A stretch of 64,000 bases of DNA from Eledone cirrhosa (Eukaryota). The position numbers and the translations under genes are program-made. Shown one piece after another: positions 58,154 to 64,000 of this stretch; the stretch's first letter is position 1, and each line of letters starts with the position of its first letter. A model generated the notes under the pieces. It searched no databases and was not told the origin of the DNA. It saw only the letters and a list, made by a program, of their open reading frames with translations. The DNA is taken from NCBI GenBank assembly GCA_964016885.1, contig OZ024740.1, forward strand, positions 345,278,001 through 345,342,000. Reading direction: 5' to 3'.

Positions 58154-58322
58154 ATAGGAAAAGTGTCAGGACCCCGACGGCTGAGCTCCGGCCGTTTCGA
58201 CAGCTAGATCCGAACTAAAAAGGGGTAATGACTCTTTTCCTATTACCCACCCTACAATCCTAAGTAGCGAGTACTCTGCTGCATTATGGTCCACCTGGTT
58301 CCTTAGAACTCTTTCTTTGTTT
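58154..58322. mobile_element. TA-flanked PLE-like stub with short inverted arms and an HHR 3' half
   Basis: Arms at about 58154-58175 and 58222-58243. Minus strand reads GTC-GAAAC-GGC-CGGAGCTCA-GCC-GTC. GAGCTCAGCCGTC recurs at about 39286-39298. Confidence 0.55.
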
Positions 58323-58368
<46 letters not shown>

Positions 58369-59274
58369 GTGTGTGTGTGTATGTGTGCGTGTGTGCGCGC
58401 GTGTATGTGTGTGTGTATATATAAGAAACACGATGATGTTTGGTTTACATGTGTATTTAGTATTTCATTTGTTTGCATATGATGATCCCGATTTCTATCC
58501 CAAGCGTTGAAAGCGAAATTGTATAGTCGAAAACAATATGGAATTACGTCGAATGTTAAACCATTTAATAAACACGCTATCCCTGTTGTAAAACGTCCAT
58601 TTTTCTCGAGGAAATCACGGTCGGTAGATACATTCTGGTTTAGTGTAAGATTTAGGGTTATTGTATAACAGATTTTCATGTCCTAGTACATCAGATCCAC
58701 ATTAGGGCTTGTACACCTAGTAACGATGATGTTATTGAAAATAAAATAAAACCTCAATATATAAATTTATAAATATATATCCTTTCTGGTTTCCTTTTCA
58801 CTCATGAGCACTACTTTCTATACGACTAGATATATATATAAATTTATAACCGCATAAGTTTTACTTGATTATCTTATATATATATATATATATGTGTGTA
58901 TATATGTGTGTGTGTGTGTGCGCGCGCGCGCGCGCGTGTGTGTGTGTGCATTTACACACTGGTATATTTATGTTTATTTATATATATTATCATTTGTGGT
59001 TGTTCTGGGTACCATGCCAATGCAGCAATAGGGTAATTGGTACTGCAGATTAATATCAAAACCACATAAGACGGCTGCAGCCGGATGAAATCTGTCACTA
59101 CCGCAATAGTAATTGGTGTTGAAAAGATGTTGTCAAGCTGCGTGTGTTTAGATATTGTCTTAAAATGGTTTTATATATTTTACTTTATGGTTTATGTGGT
59201 GTCATATAGGTGAAGTGGGGTGGCGTTTTTGTATTAAGTTTGCTTCAGTTCTTGGATACCGTTGTTTGCTGTAG

Positions 59275-59382
<108 letters not shown>

Positions 59383-59613
59383 GTTCAAGAGTAACCAATC
59401 TTTAAGAGAGAGATGGAGATAGGAGAGGAGAGATTGGTGAATTAGTTAGTAGGCAAAGCGTAAAGGCATGTGCTCAATGTGCAATATGCAGCGGAAAGCA
59501 GCTAGGTGGCTGGGTTCATGCAGAAGTTAGGCGCGCAGAGCTGTTGACAATCTTTTAATAATGTCTTCCTTGTGAAATTTGTGGTCTTGTTTTGCTTAAC
59601 TAATGAATATATT

Positions 59614-59656
<43 letters not shown>

Positions 59657-59672
59657 AATATATATATATAGT

Positions 59673-59791
59673 AATTCACTGAATCACATGCACTATATAT
59701 GTATATATGTATATATATATATATAGTGCATGTGATTCGGTGAATTTCTTGTGATGGTACCAAAACGAGTACTCGAGGTACAGGCAGAGTA
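59673..59791. repeat. Inverted repeat around a TA tract plus a 3'-tail motif fragment
   Basis: AATTCACTGAATCACATGCACT ... AGTGCATGTGATTCGGTGAATT; minus strand ATACTC-TGCCTGTACCT-CGAGTACTC. Confidence 0.65.
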
Positions 59792-59909
59792 TATATATAT
59801 ATATTTATTTATAAAACAATAATGTTTCGTTTACACAATAAAATAAAATAAATACGTGTAGACGAGACAACACCGTTTTTATTAATATATGTATATATAT
59901 ATATTTATA

Positions 59910-60013
<104 letters not shown>

Positions 60014-60023
60014 TGTGTGTGTG

Positions 60024-60150
60024 TGGTGTAAAAGGTAAACAGAAATAACAGCACAATCGGTACAGCATTATGAATTTATTGGGTTAACACTTGAAATAGC
60101 AGGAACAGGGTTTAATGTTTCGGACACTAGTTCTTCATCAGAAGAAAGAG
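60024..60150 (-). mobile_element. Family C pLTR-like fragment retaining an HHR core
   Basis: Homologous to 34761-34863. Minus strand reads CTGATGA-A-GAAC-TAGT-GTCC-GAAAC-ATT (60113-60141). Abuts (TG)n. Confidence 0.65.
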
Positions 60151-61944
60151 TGAGCAACTAGAAAGATTGAAGGGACAGTGGGGGCTAAAATTGGAAAAAA
60201 TGTTTTTAAAGAAAAATGTTAGGTCCATTCATGTTGCCATCTCTTTTATATGTATATCTATATCTGTCTATATATATATATATATCGACAGAGATAGAGG
60301 GAGAAAGTGAAATAGTTTAATAGAAATATATATATTTGTATGCTTATATAAATACATATATATACACGCATTCATACAGATAGACGTACATACATATATA
60401 CAAACATACATAATGAATGTACATAGAGTGCAAAATTAATGAATAAATGAATGAATGAATGAATGTATGAATGCCTCAATGAATGACAGAAAGATTAAAT
60501 GGAAGATAATTAAGCAGTCCCAACGAATGGTTTACTATCATCATTTGTTTGCAGCAAAACATGTGACCATGACAAATATATATGGGATATCTTCCTCGTT
60601 ATTTGCTTTGTGTTGTTCAGAGTTCGCATGCACCCAATGTCAGACAATTATCATATAAACGCGTTTGCATACTGTTGATACTGCGACGGATGAGTCTTTC
60701 TGTTGGCTTTATCGATGTTGTTGTTATTGTTGCTTTTGTTTGTTTGTAGGTGGTGATGTATTTTGCTGTTGTTTCATATACGCTATTGTTCCGGTTGCTT
60801 TCATGTGAGGACATTCTATTTGTTAAAGTTACATAAAAATATTTATTTCTGTATTTCGCACACACATATACAAACATACACACATTCACGCACATACGCA
60901 CACACTTGCAAATATATTTATGAGAATATATGTTTGTGTATGTGTGTGTAAATGAGTGAGTATACATGTGTATATATCATTTTAATTTGCTCATTGTTTT
61001 GTTTGGATTATGTCATTTGCACTTCGATGAGATATATTCATACATCGTATTTGCCTTTGTAAGTATATATGAAAAACTGTAGTTTTGCCTAGCTTTAGGA
61101 GCCTTGGTTTTATGGAGGACTATTTAAGTTCTCTGTTGTAATACCAACACCGTCATGGTCGGTATTCTCTTTCATAAAACTACTAATAGATGGAATGCCA
61201 TTGCCAGTAGAAAAAATGACACAAATATATTTCAAAGGACCTAGTCTCTGATCAGGTGGGAGTGCTGACAACAAAAACCGCAATAACAGAAACGGTTCAA
61301 CATAATTTTTGACAAATCCATGATAGATCTATATATAATACATAACAGGCAAGTCTTTTTACTAGTAAAACAGCGTATTCCTAGATACACTAGAAATACA
61401 CGTGATGGTCGTGTTTGGAATGTATCTGACAGTAAGTCTGCTCCATCGGATCTGACGTGAGGTTTATACAAATATCATACTACATTCAGTCATGGGATAT
61501 TGATTGAAAAACCATTGATATCGATCTGTGTGTTTTGAGTTCTTCGCGAAACCAACGCTAGAGACGGTTTATTTATATAGAAATTATTTTATGTTTTATG
61601 TATATGTTATTTCTATATTTTTAATTCAAATTGAATGGAAAGGAAGGTTTGTCCTGGCATAGAAGGAACTGTGTAGAAAAGATGTATATTGTGAAAATGC
61701 CCACTGAGTAATAAATAATGTGCCAAGAGCTTAGAATATTCTTCATATATTGAATTGGCTGTCTGACCTCGCCTCAAATATTTGTATCTTTGACCTCAGC
61801 TATGTGAATACGTTAGAGATGCTGCTTCTCGAACCAATGTGCAATGAATTTATTACTATCTTGCACTGGCAAACTATGAACTTTGTAAAGAAATAAAACA
61901 TGAAGATCAAGAATAAGAGCAGGATCACTAACAATAATAACCAA

Positions 61945-62105
61945 AAATCATCATCTTCATCATCCTCATTATAATCATCATCATTATCACCACTAATACC
62001 AATACCACCACCATCTTCATCATCATCATCATCATCATTATAATCATCATCATTATCACCGCCAATACCAATACCACCACCATCTTCATTATCATCAACA
62101 TCATC
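61945..62105. repeat. (CAT)n-rich low-complexity region with a ~70-bp duplicated unit
   Basis: TTATAATCATCATCATTATCACC..TAATACCAATACCACCACCATCTTCAT occurs twice with minor differences. Confidence 0.8.
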
Positions 62106-63079
62106 AGAAGTATCAGCAGCAAAATTATTAACAGCAAAAATATAAAAATATAAATGTAAAAAGATATAAACAGCACCAACAAAGATAGCGTATATAATAT
62201 TTATTGGGTTATAAGTACAAAATCTACGAAGATTCTGAAAACTTAGGATCCATCCATTTCCAAAATATTTCTGTAAACAAAATGTTGACTTAATATTCAA
62301 CCGAAAAGATTGTGAGTGTATAAACAATAATCAAACAAACGGTGAAATTATGCATTTTTGAAATGGCAATAAAATACCCGGGTAAAATGTATTATTACAA
62401 TGGTTAATTTCGCCTCTTCCTGTCCTGACTTCAAATTATACATTTATAGTTTTCCCTTCTTTGAGGACGGATGAAATAGATTTATTACTGAAATTCATTC
62501 AATCGAACAATGCGTTAACCCTCGGAGAACTGGTTATTAAAAAAATGATAATTCTTATATTTAATCCAGGGTAAGCCCACGCAAAAACGAGTGTGGAGAG
62601 TGCAAGGAGGTTTAACTTTTCGATATTTTAACTCACTTGTGGTACTAATGTATATTTTAAGAAAGAATGGGACCGTTTCTCTACCTTTTTTTCTTTTCCC
62701 CGAATATAGTTATTTTCCTTTCTTGTCAAACAAATCCTTCTTTTTCAACCCAAACTTTACTAATTAGCATATACTATTTTCTTGAAAGCTAGGCTGAAAT
62801 ACAGTAAGTTAAATCAAGGGCCAAATGTATATATTTCCAACATGGTAAAGACACATTAAATTATGTGATCTTCCCTACAATCTTAAGATGCGCTACTCAA
62901 TGAATACAGTATTCCGAGTTCGTACATGAGTGTTACTTAACCATTGTATATATTTACAATATGTGTGAAGAATATGTGCTATAACCATATAGTCCAAGTT
63001 TAAGAAGCTATCCTAAAGAACAAAACATTATATTACAGAGATTTAAAGCTGTCCTGGACAGTAAGATTTACTTGACATA

Positions 63080-63310
63080 GCAAATTTAATTTCAAAAAAT
63101 TATGATGATTTTAATATCAATGGTTTAGTTAGACAAGTAGCTAAGTCCTATCATCGTTGGATTTCGTGGCACGTGGGATGGAAGGAAATCGTTATACACG
63201 GACATATGACCTAGCCAGAATGATCCATTTGTGAAAACGTGCTAAATCATGTCAAAGATGAAGTCTACAAACAAAAATTAAAAGTACCACATAAGCGTAA
63301 AATACTTACG
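63080..63310 (+). mobile_element. Possible highly decayed Tc1/mariner-superfamily transposase fragment
   Basis: Peptide remnants HRWI... and NHVKDEVYKQK resemble RWIGR...WGYLKxxVY; many stops. Confidence 0.3.
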
Positions 63311-63796
63311 GAAAACCGAGTGTGCTTTGTTATATTATGTTTTTGTTGAAGCTATATCAGGAAACACACTAATACCAGTTACAACTCCACCAAATTCCTA
63401 ATTGTGTTTACAATAAAATGTCGTTGTATCGAGTGAAAATGAATCTAGTGTATTATATCTTATTGAACATAGCATTAAGAAATTATTTCCGAAAATTACT
63501 AATTGATATAATTTTTTTTTTTATAACGGCTTACCTATGTAAAATATTATCAAACATACACTAAATCAATCCTCTACATGCATACATAGAAACTATTTGT
63601 GTATGGACCCGTATTTCCCGGGGAAGTCACCGGAGCACTGCATCGACATACAGCATATCTAGGGCAATTCTTAAACCCTGGCGGAGCCCATCTCCTCTTC
63701 AGATCTAAATACAGCAGATTTCTTCCAGAGAAGGACAGAATGAGAGAGGTTGGAAGTGAGAAAGAGATATAGAAGAAGAAACGACACAAGCACTAT

Positions 63797-63930
63797 ACTG
63801 GTACTTTTTTATTGACCTCGAATGGATGAAATTCAAAGATGATCTCGTCGGGATTCGAAATCAGAAAGCAAGGAGCCCAAAAGAATACCGCAAAGCATTG
63901 TACCCGACGTGCTGACGATTCTGTTAATTC
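63797..63930 (-). mobile_element. Old diverged copy of the tRNA-derived SINE
   Basis: TACTGGTACTTTTTTATTGACCTCG...GGATTCGAAATCAGA aligns to the family. Other faint copies at about 13670-13740, 42520-42610 and 56185-56330. Confidence 0.65.
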
Positions 63931-64000
63931 ACTGCCTTATACATAAAAACTACACATCTTATAATTGTATGCAATATGTTTCCATGGAGCAATGCTTTAA

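Noticed and set aside
61800-62327. 175-aa ORF with an acidic D/G-rich tract
   Set aside because: The acidic tract is a (GAT)n-derived repeat with a local duplication; flanks are not protein-like.

Overview
Eukaryotic, very AT-rich and microsatellite-dense animal DNA. The SINE and microsatellite profile suggests an octopod cephalopod, but this is an inference. The only clear host coding sequence is one 203-nt minus-strand exon (242-444) encoding the second LIM domain of a Lhx1/Lhx5 (Lim1) LIM-homeobox gene. I found no LIM1 exon by eye, so the rest of the window is probably one intron longer than 63 kb. Almost all listed ORFs are microsatellite artefacts. The intron carries tRNA-derived SINEs, RTE-clade LINE derivatives (including a ~595-bp inverted pair), piggyBac and Tc1/mariner MITEs and a Helitron end. 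The main signal is about a dozen short, mostly sequence-unrelated inserts sitting in (TA)n tracts. They carry type I hammerhead ribozyme (HHR) motifs, usually as palindromes or inverted repeats, which is the Penelope-like element (PLE)/retrozyme architecture. The best case is a young tandem with two perfect HHRs 310 nt apart (18631-19209), predicting a structured self-cleaving 310-nt circular RNA. Several of the unrelated families also share a U-U pair at the base of stem II and a 3' ACTC...GAGT motif, and two share a long stem II with the same internal loop. All ribozyme folds were read by eye and none has been tested.
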